A stretch of DNA of 64,000 nucleotides from an uncultured Acidobacteriota bacterium (GCA_963700145.1 OY969474.1:2528001-2592000), one strand, 5' to 3'. Shown: positions 18,217 to 28,739, numbered from the stretch's first letter. Notes: a model not told the origin generated them from the sequence alone. Program-made: numbers and translations.

Positions 18217-19128
18217 TCAACGCTCGCGCTCCGCCGCCCCGCGGCGCGCCGCGATCGCCGCCTGACGGACCTTCAAGCTGGGATCTTCCTGCTCGAGGCG
18301 CGCGAAGACCGGCTGCGCCCCGGGGCCGCCGACCGCGGCGAGCGCGCGCACCGCCGAGACCATCGCCTCCTCCTGCTGCTCGGGCGTGATGCCGGGCACC
18401 TGCGCGAGGAGCCGGCGGTCGAGCATCGCCTCGAGCACCGGCACGCCGGCGGCGCTGCCCAGGCGGGCGAGGGCCAGCGCGGCGTTCCAGCGCACGTCGG
18501 CGACCGAGTCCTCGAGGCGCGCGGCGAGGGCCGGGATCGCGGCGCGGTCCCCGAGCTCGCCGAGCGCGAAGGCGGCGGTCTTGCGCACCCCGGGGTCGTC
18601 CGAGGCGAGCGCCGCCTCCAGCGGCTCGCGCGCCGAGGGGTGGCCGAGGGCGCCGAGCGCCCAGATGGCGTAGATGCGGGTCTTGTCGTCCGGGTCGTCG
18701 AGGGCGGAGACGAGGAGCGGCACCGCCGCCGGATCGCGCGTCCGGCCCAGCACCAGCGCCAGGTACTGCCGCATCTCCGGGTCGCGCGTCTCGACGAAGA
18801 GCCGCCGCACCTCGGCCTCGGCCCCCGGCGCGTCGGCGAGCGCGCGCGGGTCGGCGACCAGGATCTTCGACAGCTCGTACGCCGCCTGCACCCGCCGCGG
18901 CTTCCACCAGGACTGGAGGTCGTTCAAGTAGTCGGAGGTGGACTGCCGGTCGTAGGCGATCCAGCCGAAACCGATGAAGACCGCGACGCAGAGGAGGACG
19001 ACGAGGAGCGGGACGACGAAGAGGCCGAGGAAGGAGCGCAGGGCGCTGCTGCCGACCTCTTCAGGGAGGTCCGCCTCCGCCGGCACCTCCGCCGGCTCCT
19101 GTGCCTCGTGCGGCCGGGGCTCTGTCAT
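18217..19128 (-). CDS. Membrane-anchored HEAT-repeat protein
   Basis: One TM then repeated VR..AA.ALG.LG PBS-lyase HEAT-like units; start at MTEPR. Confidence 0.85.
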   Translation of the reverse strand: MTEPRPHEAQEPAEVPAEADLPEEVGSSALRSFLGLFVVPLLVVLLCVAVFIGFGWIAYDRQSTSDYLNDLQSWWKPRRVQAAYELSKILVADPRALADAPGAEAEVRRLFVETRDPEMRQYLALVLGRTRDPAAVPLLVSALDDPDDKTRIYAIWALGALGHPSAREPLEAALASDDPGVRKTAAFALGELGDRAAIPALAARLEDSVADVRWNAALALARLGSAAGVPVLEAMLDRRLLAQVPGITPEQQEEAMVSAVRALAAVGGPGAQPVFARLEQEDPSLKVRQAAIAARRGAAERER

Positions 19129-19401
19129 GGGCGCGCAGCTTAGCGCAGGGTCGCGGTCGGGCGAGCGGCTCAGCGGATCTGGGCGGCGGCCGCGGGCAGG
19201 CCGGCGAGGAGCAGAAGGGGAAGAAAGCAGCAGACGAGCCGACGCCGGAGTCCCAGCGGGTCCATGCGTGGAGCCTGAACCGACGGCGACGCCGGTCCCA
19301 GCCGGGACACACCTCAACAGAGGCGGGGAGAATCACCCAGGTCAGGCCGCGGTCACCAACTGCGCGGCTGGGGCGATCGAATCAGACCTCCCCGATCTTC
19401 G

Positions 19402-22400
19402 CTACCGCCCAGGGAACGCTCCCGTATCCGCGACGCTGGCGAACTGGCCGCTGGCGTTCCGGTATTCCCTCACTTCTCCCGTCCGGGTGTCGGTCACGGT
19501 CAGGGTGTATTCCACGCTCGAGAGAGCGCCGTAGAAGACCCAAAAGTTTCCGTTCAACGGGGTCCCGTCGAGCACCTTCACCAGGACCTCGACGTTCGCC
19601 GCGTCGAAGAACCAAAGGTAGCCGGTGTCGGCGGAGAGCGGCACGGCCGTCCCCTTGCCGGTCTTTCCCGAGAAGTCCTTCCACGCCGCCTCGACCGCGA
19701 AGCGCCCGCCGTTCAGACAGAGGCGCCGCGGTCCCGGCACGCAGGCTTCGGCGGCCGCGGCCGGCGAGGTCCAGCCGCGAACCGGAGTCAGAGTCGCAAG
19801 GGACGCCGTCTGCAGCGGCGCGCGCCACGTCGCGAACGCCCCGGCCGGCCCGAAGCCGGTCGTGTCGCCCACGCTGGCCAGGTGGCCCAGGGGATTGGCG
19901 TACCGTTGGGTCACACCGGTCTGCGTGTCGGTCACGGTGAGCGCGTACTCCACGGTGGTGAGCGCGCCGTAGAACACCCAGAAGTGGCCGTTGAGCCCCC
20001 GGCCGTCGAGGACCTTCACGATGACCTCGGCGTTGGCCGGGTCGAAGAACCAGAAGTAACCGGTATCGCCGGTGAGGCCAACGGCCGTCCCCTCCCCGGT
20101 GTTGGCCTGGAAGTCACGCCAGGAGGCTTCGACTCGGAAGCGCCCGCCCTGAAGGCAGAGGACGTGAGCGGAGGGCTGGCAACCACTGCCACCAATCAGG
20201 GGCAGCGTCCAGAGCTCGCGGCCGACGAGCGCATCGTCGGCGGTGAAGTAGAGCCGTCCGTGGCCCGGGGTCAGCTCCGTCGGGGCCGACGACCTCGGAC
20301 CCGGAGCCACATCGTGCACCATGCGGGTGCCGGCACCGGTCCCGTCGCTCTCCCACAGCTCGATGCCGTGGACGTTGTCCTGGGCGGTGAAGAAGACCTT
20401 CCCGCCGGCGACGGTGAGCCCGCTGACGCCGGCCGAGAACGGGCCGCGAGCGATGTCTCGCACCAGCCGGGTCCCCGCCGAGGTCCCGTCGGTGGCCCAC
20501 AGCTCGAGGCCGTGCTCGCCGTCGTCGGCGGTGAACAGGACCAGGCCGCCGGCGGACACGAGCCGCAGGGTCCTGCCGAGCGGGTGCTTGCCGAACGTGC
20601 GCAAACGGACCGCCGTATCGCCGTCGACCCGCCAGAGAGCCAGGTTCGTCTTGGCAAAGCCGTTGTCGTCGTACTCCTCGGCGAGGAGAACCAGCGATCC
20701 GTCGTGCGCGATCACGTCGGCGACGTGAAACGGCTCCGTCGCGAGCGGGACCTCGTGTGTCCCGGCGGTGGTGCCGTCGGTGCGCCACAGCCGGCTGAAC
20801 TCGAAGTTCACGCCACGGGAAGAGACGAAGTAGTCCACCCCCCCGAGATGGACGAACCGGTTCCTGAGGCCCTCGTACGGCGGCAAGACGAGGATCCCAC
20901 GGGTCCCCGCAGCGGTGCCGTCGCTCGTCCACAGCCGGATGATCCCGTTCGGGGCGTCGTACAACCTGATGTAAAGCCGCCCTCCGGCGGCGGCCACGAA
21001 ACCGACTGTCCAGTCCTCCGGGAAGGTCAGGACCGAGACGGTGCCCGCCGTCGTGCCGTCGGTCCTCCAGAGCTCCGCGACTCCGTCGCGGAAGACGTCG
21101 AAGTAGAGGTGCGAGCCGAGGGCTGCGGCGGTCACCGAGGCCTCGCCGTAGGTGTCGGTGGTGTCGGCGACGCGCAAGGCGCCGTCGTCCGTGACCCGCC
21201 AGAGCGTGGATTGGTCGTCGAAGAAGTAGACCACCCCTCCGGCGGCGACGGCCGCTTCCATGGAGGAGACCTCGCGGGAGGTCAGGCGCGTCGTCGCGGC
21301 GGAGCCCGCGCTCCGCCAGAGCCCAGACTCCGAACCGCTGCCGACCACGAAGTGGAGCACGTCACCCTGCGCGAAAAGGCCCTGGAGGTCCGAGCCGGAG
21401 CCGAGGCCGGAACCGAAAGTCAGGGGCACGACCTCCCCGTTCTCCAGCAGCCCCAGCCTGCCGAAGGAGGAATCGCCCAGCTTCAGGTAGGTCTTGCCGC
21501 CCACCGCGGTGATCTGCGGACGGAGGATGTCGTACCACTGGAGCGGCTGGCGCGTCAGGCGCCGGGTCCCCGCCGCCGTGCCGTCCGATCGCCAGACATG
21601 GTTCTGCGCCGTCAGATAGACGCCACCGTCCGCCGCGGGAATGAACGCTGGGTCCGAGTCGCAGGAGCCGGGGCAGAGGTCGCGGAGCAGTCGCGTGCCC
21701 TTGGGCGTGCCGTCGGTGGTCCAGAGCTCGATGCCGTGGGCATCATCTACGGCGATGAAGAGGACCGCGTTGCCGACGCGGGCCGTCCGGTACGGGCCGT
21801 TCTCAAGGTTGCACTCCCGCGGACAGGGCTGCGACAGTTTGGTCGTGGACTCCGGCCGGCCGTCGGTCGTCCAGAGCTGGAGCGTGTCGGGCAGCCCGTC
21901 CGTGGCCCCGAACACCACCCGCTCCCCGATCTCCTGGAGGGTAGCGGGCAGGAAACCGTCCTTGAACGGGAAGTAGTAGCCGAACTCCGTGATCCGCCGC
22001 GTGCCCCCGGGAGTGCCGTCGCTCGCCCACAGCTCGTTGCCGTGCTCGATGTCGTCGGCCACGAAGTAGAGGCGGCGTCCGGTGGCCACGAAGGTCCCCT
22101 GGTGGCCGAAGGGGTCGCGGTTGGCGAACCGCGTCAGCGCGCGGGTGCCGGCGGCCGTGCCGTCGCTGCTCCAAAGCTCGTCGCCCTCGCTCGTCGTGGA
22201 GACGACCATCAGCAGCCGGCCCTGGACGACGAACGTCGGCCCGATCTCGCCCACCTGCGCCACGCGAGCCGGCGTCTCGCTGCCGGGGTCGAGCCGCCAC
22301 AGCTCGTTCGCCGTCGCCAGGAGCACTCGCCCGCCCGCGAGCGCCATCTGACGGAACGGGAGATCCAGGACCTCGCGCGTCCCGGCCGGGGTGCCGTCGG

Positions 22401-22887
22401 TCCGCCACAGAGCGCATCCCGGGAGCCCCTCGCAACGCAGGAAGAAAAGCACCTCGCCGCGCACCGCCCAGCGATTGCCGGCAGCGCTGAACAAAACGTC
22501 GCCGATGAGCGGGAACGTCCCCGCGCGCGTGCCGTCGGAGCGCCAGAGCGCCGACGGATCGCCCATCATCCAGAACGACAGGTCCCGGGTTGCACCGACG
22601 AGCAGCGGGCTGCTGTTGCATTTCCCGGGGCACGTTGCGAGCACCTCGGTGCCGCCAACCGTCCCGTCGCTCGTCCAGAGCTCGTATCCGCGCTCGTCGT
22701 CGTATGCCGCGAAGTACAGCCGGCCGGTGGCGACGGCGAGCTGCACCGGGTTGACCGGGCTCGTCGTGTCCCCGCCCTGGGGAGTGATGTCGCGGACGAG
22801 GGAAGCGACCGCGGCCTGCGCCGGCTGGGCGGCGGCCAGCAGCGCCAGCAAGCTCAGGGCATGGAGACAGGCCTTGGTGCTCGGCAT
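19402..22887 (-). CDS. Secreted ELWxxDGT-repeat protein with two C-terminal modules
   Basis: Signal peptide (AQPAQA); many ELWxSDGT repeats. Confidence 0.9.
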   Translation of the reverse strand: MPSTKACLHALSLLALLAAAQPAQAAVASLVRDITPQGGDTTSPVNPVQLAVATGRLYFAAYDDERGYELWTSDGTVGGTEVLATCPGKCNSSPLLVGATRDLSFWMMGDPSALWRSDGTRAGTFPLIGDVLFSAAGNRWAVRGEVLFFLRCEGLPGCALWRTDGTPAGTREVLDLPFRQMALAGGRVLLATANELWRLDPGSETPARVAQVGEIGPTFVVQGRLLMVVSTTSEGDELWSSDGTAAGTRALTRFANRDPFGHQGTFVATGRRLYFVADDIEHGNELWASDGTPGGTRRITEFGYYFPFKDGFLPATLQEIGERVVFGATDGLPDTLQLWTTDGRPESTTKLSQPCPRECNLENGPYRTARVGNAVLFIAVDDAHGIELWTTDGTPKGTRLLRDLCPGSCDSDPAFIPAADGGVYLTAQNHVWRSDGTAAGTRRLTRQPLQWYDILRPQITAVGGKTYLKLGDSSFGRLGLLENGEVVPLTFGSGLGSGSDLQGLFAQGDVLHFVVGSGSESGLWRSAGSAATTRLTSREVSSMEAAVAAGGVVYFFDDQSTLWRVTDDGALRVADTTDTYGEASVTAAALGSHLYFDVFRDGVAELWRTDGTTAGTVSVLTFPEDWTVGFVAAAGGRLYIRLYDAPNGIIRLWTSDGTAAGTRGILVLPPYEGLRNRFVHLGGVDYFVSSRGVNFEFSRLWRTDGTTAGTHEVPLATEPFHVADVIAHDGSLVLLAEEYDDNGFAKTNLALWRVDGDTAVRLRTFGKHPLGRTLRLVSAGGLVLFTADDGEHGLELWATDGTSAGTRLVRDIARGPFSAGVSGLTVAGGKVFFTAQDNVHGIELWESDGTGAGTRMVHDVAPGPRSSAPTELTPGHGRLYFTADDALVGRELWTLPLIGGSGCQPSAHVLCLQGGRFRVEASWRDFQANTGEGTAVGLTGDTGYFWFFDPANAEVIVKVLDGRGLNGHFWVFYGALTTVEYALTVTDTQTGVTQRYANPLGHLASVGDTTGFGPAGAFATWRAPLQTASLATLTPVRGWTSPAAAAEACVPGPRRLCLNGGRFAVEAAWKDFSGKTGKGTAVPLSADTGYLWFFDAANVEVLVKVLDGTPLNGNFWVFYGALSSVEYTLTVTDTRTGEVREYRNASGQFASVADTGAFPGR

Positions 22888-22900
22888 CGCCGGATCTCTC

Positions 22901-25900
22901 TCAGAACGCGGCGGTGTCGCCGACGCTGGCGAACCGACCGCTGGGGTTTGCGTACTCCCTCACCGCACCGGTCCGGGTGTCCGTGACCTTGAGCGTGTAT
23001 TCGACGTTCGACAGGGCGCCGTAGAAGACCCAGAACTTGCCGTTCAGCGGCGTGCCGTCCAGCACCTTGACCGCCAGCTCCACGTTGGCGGGAGCGAAAA
23101 ACCAGAAGTAGCCGGTGTCCCCGGTGAACGGCACCGCGGTTCCCCGGCCGGTCTTCCCCGCGAAGTCCTTCCACGAGACCTCGACGGCGAAGCGGCCGCC
23201 GTTGAGGCAGAGGCGCTCGGGCTCGGGCACACAGGTTCCGGCCGCCGCCGCGGCGGAGGTCCAGGCGCGGACCAGGGCCGGCGGGGATGGCGGGGCGGTG
23301 AACAGGTCCGGCTGCGCCGACCGGGCGCCGCGCGGACCGAAGGCCTGGGTGTCGCCGGCGCTGGCGAGCTGGCCGGCGGGGTTGGAGTACCGCCGCGTCA
23401 GCCCGCTCTCGGTGTCGGTGACGGTCAGGCCGTACTCGACGCTCGACAGGGCGCCGTAGAACACCCAGAAGTGCCCGTTGAGGCCGCGGCCGTCGAGCAC
23501 CTTGAGCAAGACCTCCACGTTGGCGGGATCGAAGAACCAGAAGGTCCCGGTGTCGGCGCTCAGGGGGACCGCCCTGCCGACACCGCCCTCGCCCTGGAAG
23601 TCGCGCCAGCGGGCCTCGACGCGGAACCGCCCCCCCTGCAGACAGAGCGCCGTGGCCGACGGCTGGCAGCCCTGCGGCTCGGCCGGCCGGACGATCCACA
23701 GCTCCCGCCCGCTGACGCTGTCGTCCGCCGAGAAGAAGATCTTGTCGCCCACGACCGTGAGCTGCTCGGGAGAGGAGGACAGCGCCTCGGGCGCGATGTC
23801 CTGGACCAGCCGGGTTCCCGCCGCCGTGCCGTCGGTGCGCCAAAGCTCGCGGCCGTGCACCGGGTCGTAGGCGGCGAACCAGAGCGCGCCTCCCGCCGCG
23901 ACGAGTTCGGACGGCGCCGAGCTGGAGGAACCGGGAGAGATGTCGGCGACGAGCGAGGTCCCGGCCGGTGTGCCGTCGCTGACCCAGAGCTCGGCGCCGT
24001 GAGCCGCGTCGGCGGCGACGAAGAAGAGCTTCGCGCCGACCGCGACCGGTCCGGGGAGGGGACGGTCGTCATCGTAGGGCAAGTGCCTCCACGTGAAATC
24101 AACCAGGGCGGCGGTCCCGGCCTCCGTGCCGTTCGTGCGGTAGAAGGTCCAGTCGGCGAAGCCCTGCGTACCGTAGAGGTAGAAGGCGCCATCGTGTGCG
24201 GTGAGCCGGTGGGCGGACTCGAACAGGGGCTTGCCCCCGCTGCGGGTCAGCGGCACCGTGCCGAGGGCCGAGCCGTCGGTCCGCCAGAGCTCGCCCAGGT
24301 TGATCAGAGTCGTCGAGCCGGCCCGCGCGACCTCGAGGCGCCCGAAAGGGGGACGGGCGAGCAGGGGGATCGTGCCGGCGGGCGTGCCGTCACTGCGCCA
24401 GATGTAGGGGTCTTCACCGGACCGCGCCGCATGAACATAAACGTCGATCCCGTCGGAGACGACGAAGGGCACGGGGGGCGAGACCGCGTAGGAGACTGCG
24501 TACAGCGGGCTTCCCGCGTTGTCGACGAGGCGGGCCGTGCCGGCGGGGGTACCGTCGCTCGTCCAGACCTCCTCGCCTTCCTGCCCCACCGAGAACCAAA
24601 CCTTCCCCCGATGCTCGAGCAGCGCCAGCTCGCGCGGCACCTCCTCCGCCAGGAGCACGCCGCCCGCCGTGGCGGGATCTGCCCGCCGCAATTGCCGGTC
24701 AGAGAAGTCACAGAGGAAGACGAGGGACGATCCCGCAGACGTGAGCTGGGAGGGCGACGGGCAGTCCGGGTCCATCCGGAGGAAGGGGGAAGTGTCCTCG
24801 GCCGATCCCTCGCTGGACCAAATCGATCGCTCGGGGCTGGCGCCGCCGTCGACGGCGGTGAAGAACAATTTCCCCTGGTGAGCGATCAGATCCCACGGCC
24901 GTGCCGAGCCGTTCCGTAGGCCGGTGCCGAGGATCCGGCGGGCATCGTCACCGGCCTCCATGAGCCAGAGATCCTGCCCGCTGGTGAAGTAGACCCTGCG
25001 CTCGCCGCCCGTCACCGCGATCTGGCGGATGGCGGACGACGAGGAGAAGAGCCGATCCGTCCCCTTGACCGTGCCGTCGCTGCGCCAGATCGACCACCTG
25101 GAACCGGCGATCTCCGACGCCGCGAAGTAGACCCGGCTGCCGGCCACGCGGAGGACGATATTGTCCCAGTACGTGTCAGGCCCACACGTCCGCGCGGTCA
25201 GGCCGTCGACGATCCGCGTACCGGTCGTCCGTCCGTCGAAGCTCCAGACTTCGCAGTCTTCGTCGGCGGCGTCATAGCGGAAGGCGAACACCCGGTTACC
25301 AGCCCGGAAGAGGCGGGAGCCGAGGGAAGACTCGCTGATCGCGCGGGTGCTGCCGGGCGTACCGGTGGACGTCCACAGGCGCGGGCCGGTGAGATGGTCG
25401 TCCGCCGCGAACAGCAGGCGCCCGTCGATCTCGAACGCCCAGCCTTCGGGTCCGTCGTCGAAGGCGAAGAGATAGAAGGGCGCGAAATAGCCGAACTCGG
25501 TGAGCCGGCGCGTACCGCCGGCCGTGCCGTCGCTGCGCCAGATCTCGTGGCCATGGACAATGTCGTCGGCGATGAAGTAGAGGCCGGTCGGGCCGGTGCT
25601 CAGCCAGGTCTTCAAACTGCCGGCGAACGACGCCACGGATCGGGTGCCGCCGGCGGTTCCATCGCTGACCCAGAGATCCTGCGTCGCATCGGCCTTCACG
25701 GAGAAGAAGAGCAGATTCCCCCAGACGGTCCACATCTCGAAGCGACCCTCCGGAAGCTCCACGACCCGACGCGCCCCGCCGGCATCCGCCATCCAGAGCT
25801 GCGCTCTGGAGCCCCGCGAAAAGGCGGCGACGTAGTAAAGCCGATCCTTGCCGGCCACCAGGTCGGAGGCGCGGTCGAGCGTCGGATCTGGCGTGACGAG

Positions 25901-26437
25901 CGGCACCGGGGCGGTGCCTTCCGGTGTGCCGTCGGTGCTCCAGAGAACGCACCTCGGCTCGGGTTCGCGGCACCCCGGGAAATAGAGGCGGTTGCCGACG
26001 ATGACGGTGTTGGTCGCCTCGTAGCCAATGGCGAGATCGGGGTCGGTGAGTAGGAGTGTTCCGGCCGGACTGCCATCGGTGCTCCAGATCTGGCCTTCCC
26101 GCCAGAGAAGACGCCCGCCGAGCGTCCCGAGAACCTCCGTTCGCGAGTTGTCGCAGGAGCCCTGGCAGAGGTCGGCGAGCATCCGGGTCCCGGGGACGGT
26201 GCCGTCGGTCGCCCACGGCTCACTTCCCGAGGTGGCGTCGAAGGCCTTGAAGAAGAGGCCTTGCGCCAAGGGATAGATGGGGTACGGCGCACCCGAGGGG
26301 TCCATGACCTCCTGCGTCTCGATGTCCTCGACCAGCGAGGCGGTCTGGGCGCCGGCTCCGAGAGGTGAGACCAAGGACGAAACGAAGACCGACAGAAGGA
26401 TCAGCGGTCGCAGCGGCACCGTCGTGCGGACTTCCAT
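22901..26437 (-). CDS. Secreted ELWxxDGT-repeat protein (paralog) with two C-terminal modules
   Basis: Signal peptide, WxxDGT repeats, same C-terminal architecture as the neighbour. Confidence 0.9.
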   Translation of the reverse strand: MEVRTTVPLRPLILLSVFVSSLVSPLGAGAQTASLVEDIETQEVMDPSGAPYPIYPLAQGLFFKAFDATSGSEPWATDGTVPGTRMLADLCQGSCDNSRTEVLGTLGGRLLWREGQIWSTDGSPAGTLLLTDPDLAIGYEATNTVIVGNRLYFPGCREPEPRCVLWSTDGTPEGTAPVPLVTPDPTLDRASDLVAGKDRLYYVAAFSRGSRAQLWMADAGGARRVVELPEGRFEMWTVWGNLLFFSVKADATQDLWVSDGTAGGTRSVASFAGSLKTWLSTGPTGLYFIADDIVHGHEIWRSDGTAGGTRRLTEFGYFAPFYLFAFDDGPEGWAFEIDGRLLFAADDHLTGPRLWTSTGTPGSTRAISESSLGSRLFRAGNRVFAFRYDAADEDCEVWSFDGRTTGTRIVDGLTARTCGPDTYWDNIVLRVAGSRVYFAASEIAGSRWSIWRSDGTVKGTDRLFSSSSAIRQIAVTGGERRVYFTSGQDLWLMEAGDDARRILGTGLRNGSARPWDLIAHQGKLFFTAVDGGASPERSIWSSEGSAEDTSPFLRMDPDCPSPSQLTSAGSSLVFLCDFSDRQLRRADPATAGGVLLAEEVPRELALLEHRGKVWFSVGQEGEEVWTSDGTPAGTARLVDNAGSPLYAVSYAVSPPVPFVVSDGIDVYVHAARSGEDPYIWRSDGTPAGTIPLLARPPFGRLEVARAGSTTLINLGELWRTDGSALGTVPLTRSGGKPLFESAHRLTAHDGAFYLYGTQGFADWTFYRTNGTEAGTAALVDFTWRHLPYDDDRPLPGPVAVGAKLFFVAADAAHGAELWVSDGTPAGTSLVADISPGSSSSAPSELVAAGGALWFAAYDPVHGRELWRTDGTAAGTRLVQDIAPEALSSSPEQLTVVGDKIFFSADDSVSGRELWIVRPAEPQGCQPSATALCLQGGRFRVEARWRDFQGEGGVGRAVPLSADTGTFWFFDPANVEVLLKVLDGRGLNGHFWVFYGALSSVEYGLTVTDTESGLTRRYSNPAGQLASAGDTQAFGPRGARSAQPDLFTAPPSPPALVRAWTSAAAAAGTCVPEPERLCLNGGRFAVEVSWKDFAGKTGRGTAVPFTGDTGYFWFFAPANVELAVKVLDGTPLNGKFWVFYGALSNVEYTLKVTDTRTGAVREYANPSGRFASVGDTAAF

Positions 26438-26486
26438 GGATTTCTCTCCGGGATGTTGATTCTTGTGCGCAAGTACCTAAATCGTA

Positions 26487-28007
26487 TCACCCCCCTAGAC
26501 CCTCGACGCAGAGGAAGGGCCGCTCCGGCGACGAGTCGTCGCATGCGGCGAGGTTGGGCGCCCAGGCCGCAGGGTCGGGCGTGAGCACCGTGCCCTGCCA
26601 CTCCCCATCGCTGCCCCGGTCGAGCTCCAGGAAGCCGAACTGGCTCACCGAGAAGCCGCTCGCCTCGGCGCCGTCGACGGTCTGTTGGAAGCTACCCTGC
26701 GGCGGCCCGGGGTCCTCCTGGACGCCGCTGTTGCCGACGACGAGAGTTTGCGGCCTGCCGGCGGCGGGCGCGAAGGACAGCGACTCGAAGCGGTGCATGT
26801 GGCCGGCGAGGAGGAGGTCCAGCTTGGGCAGCAGGTCGGCGCCGGGGCCCGCCGCGAGCGCGCACTGCAGGGTGACGTTGAGGACCCCGTAGGGAGGCGC
26901 CGGGCCGCTCACGGGCTGGCCGTCGCAGCCGTAGAGAGGGCCGTCGGCGGCGTCCTCCACCCCCCAGACCGGGCGGTGACCGATCAGCCAGGCCGGCCGG
27001 TGGTCGAGGCGGGCGGCGACGGCGGCCAGTTGCTCTGCGTAGGTGTCGGTGAAGTTGGGCAGCTCGTCGCAGGCGTTGGCCGAGTCGAGCACGGCGACCG
27101 TCACGCCCCCAAGAGCGACCACCCGCGGCGGCACGAAGACGAGGTGCGGCAGGGCCGGTCCCTCGCTGTCCTGCGACGGGCAGGCGAGCTGCGTGCCGCC
27201 GCCCGCGGGGAGCTGCGAGCTGGCGTCGAGGAAGTAGAACCAGCCCGGCCCGGCGTGGCTGCACAGCTCGTGGTTGCCGCGGGCGAACACCCACGGCGCC
27301 GCCGCCAGCAGCTCCGCCGCCGGTTGGAAGAAGTCCAGCCACCACGCCTGCCAGGCGTCGGCGTCCGGATTGCCGGTGCTGTTCTGGCTGTAGTAAGGCC
27401 CCGGCACCTCGCACTGCTCCGACGGCTCGGCGCCGTCGCCGGCGTCGTAGTACCACTGCTTGACCTGCTTGCCGTCCACCGTCTGCTCGAAGCTCGACGG
27501 CGTGCCGCGGTAGTTGTAGTCCCCGACGTGGAGGACGAGGTCCGGCTTGCGGGCGGCGGCGGCCTGGGCGATGGTCTGGAACGGCCACGCCGGATCGTCG
27601 AGGCCGCAGCCGGACTGGTTCTTCGGCTGGCACCCCGTGTCCCCCACGACGGACACCCGCCGCACCTCCCGCCGCGCTACTGGCAACGCCGCCCCGCCCT
27701 CGCCCACGGTGAGCGCCCGCTCGAACGGCACCACCGCCTCGCAGACGTCCACCGTGAAGCCGTGCGGGTTGAGCCGCTTGCTCATGGCGATAGGGGCGCC
27801 GCCACCGATCAGCTCGGGGCAGGGCTGCCCGGAGTTCAGGATCACTCGCGCGAAGACCACGGCCTCCCCGCCGGGCGCCTCGCCCAGCAGCACGTAAGCC
27901 GCCAGCGACGCCGGCGCGGGCGGCAGGGGCGTCGACCCCGTCGTGGCACACCCGGCGGCGGCAAGGAGAAGGAACAGCCCGAACCCACAGCGAAGCGAAG
28001 CCCTCAT
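26487..28007 (-). CDS. Calcineurin-like metallophosphoesterase lipoprotein
   Basis: Lipobox AAAGC; GDTG, HVGDYNY, RGNHE, GHMH. Confidence 0.88.
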   Translation of the reverse strand: MRASLRCGFGLFLLLAAAGCATTGSTPLPPAPASLAAYVLLGEAPGGEAVVFARVILNSGQPCPELIGGGAPIAMSKRLNPHGFTVDVCEAVVPFERALTVGEGGAALPVARREVRRVSVVGDTGCQPKNQSGCGLDDPAWPFQTIAQAAAARKPDLVLHVGDYNYRGTPSSFEQTVDGKQVKQWYYDAGDGAEPSEQCEVPGPYYSQNSTGNPDADAWQAWWLDFFQPAAELLAAAPWVFARGNHELCSHAGPGWFYFLDASSQLPAGGGTQLACPSQDSEGPALPHLVFVPPRVVALGGVTVAVLDSANACDELPNFTDTYAEQLAAVAARLDHRPAWLIGHRPVWGVEDAADGPLYGCDGQPVSGPAPPYGVLNVTLQCALAAGPGADLLPKLDLLLAGHMHRFESLSFAPAAGRPQTLVVGNSGVQEDPGPPQGSFQQTVDGAEASGFSVSQFGFLELDRGSDGEWQGTVLTPDPAAWAPNLAACDDSSPERPFLCVEGLGG

Positions 28008-28096
28008 CGCAACTCCTTCGCGAATTGCAGCGAATTGAAGACAGCACTCTAGCAGGCCGGCGCGTGAGCCTCTGCCGCCTGCGGTACCATCAGGGC

Positions 28097-28324
28097 ATGG
28101 CCAGGGAAACCATCGAGATCCAGGTGGAGCCGGAGGCCGCGCGGGCGTACTCCTCCGCCTCCGAAGAGCAGCGGCGGAAGCTCGACCTGCTGCTCAGCCT
28201 CCGCATCCGCGAAGCCACCCGCCCGGGCACTGACCTCGAGACGATCATGGACGAGATCGCGAGTCGAGCCCGGGAGCGCGGACTGACGCAAGCGAAGCTG
28301 GACGAGCTGCTCGAGGATGGGTAG
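28097..28324 (+). CDS. Putative antitoxin
   Basis: 75 aa ending RGLTQAKLDELLEDG; overlaps the PIN gene. Confidence 0.75.
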   Translation: MARETIEIQVEPEAARAYSSASEEQRRKLDLLLSLRIREATRPGTDLETIMDEIASRARERGLTQAKLDELLEDG

Positions 28325-28739
28325 CGGCCGCTACGTCTTCGACACCAATGTAGTCATCAGCGCCCTGCTCTTTCCTGACTCCAAGCCTGGTACAGCGTTC
28401 CGGTTCGCCCTCGCCAATGCGGCCGTCCTGGTCTCGTCCGAGACTCTCCGCGAGCTCGACGACGTTCTGGCGCGCGCGAAGTTCGAGCCCTACGTCCGAA
28501 GAGAGGAGAGGGAGCTTTTCGTAGCGGCTCTCCTAGATCGCGTGGAATTGGTCGAGATCACACACAGAGTGGAAGCCTGCCGCGATCCGAGGGACGACAA
28601 GTTTCTGGAGCTCGCTTTGAGCGGCCGTGCAACGGCTGTCGTGACGGGAGATCCGGACCTATTGAGCCTGAATCCCTTCCGAGGGATCGAGATCGTCAGC
28701 CCGGCCGATTTCGTCGAGAGCCTCGCCGGCACACCCTAG
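28317..28739 (+). CDS. PIN-domain toxin (CRDPxDD type)
   Basis: VFDTNVVIS, CRDPRDDKFLE, VTGDPDLL. Confidence 0.92.
   Translation: MGSGRYVFDTNVVISALLFPDSKPGTAFRFALANAAVLVSSETLRELDDVLARAKFEPYVRREERELFVAALLDRVELVEITHRVEACRDPRDDKFLELALSGRATAVVTGDPDLLSLNPFRGIEIVSPADFVESLAGTP

Noticed and set aside
19402-26437. DGR template/variable repeat pair in the similar 3' ends
   Set aside because: No reverse transcriptase; differences are not adenine-specific and both copies are coding
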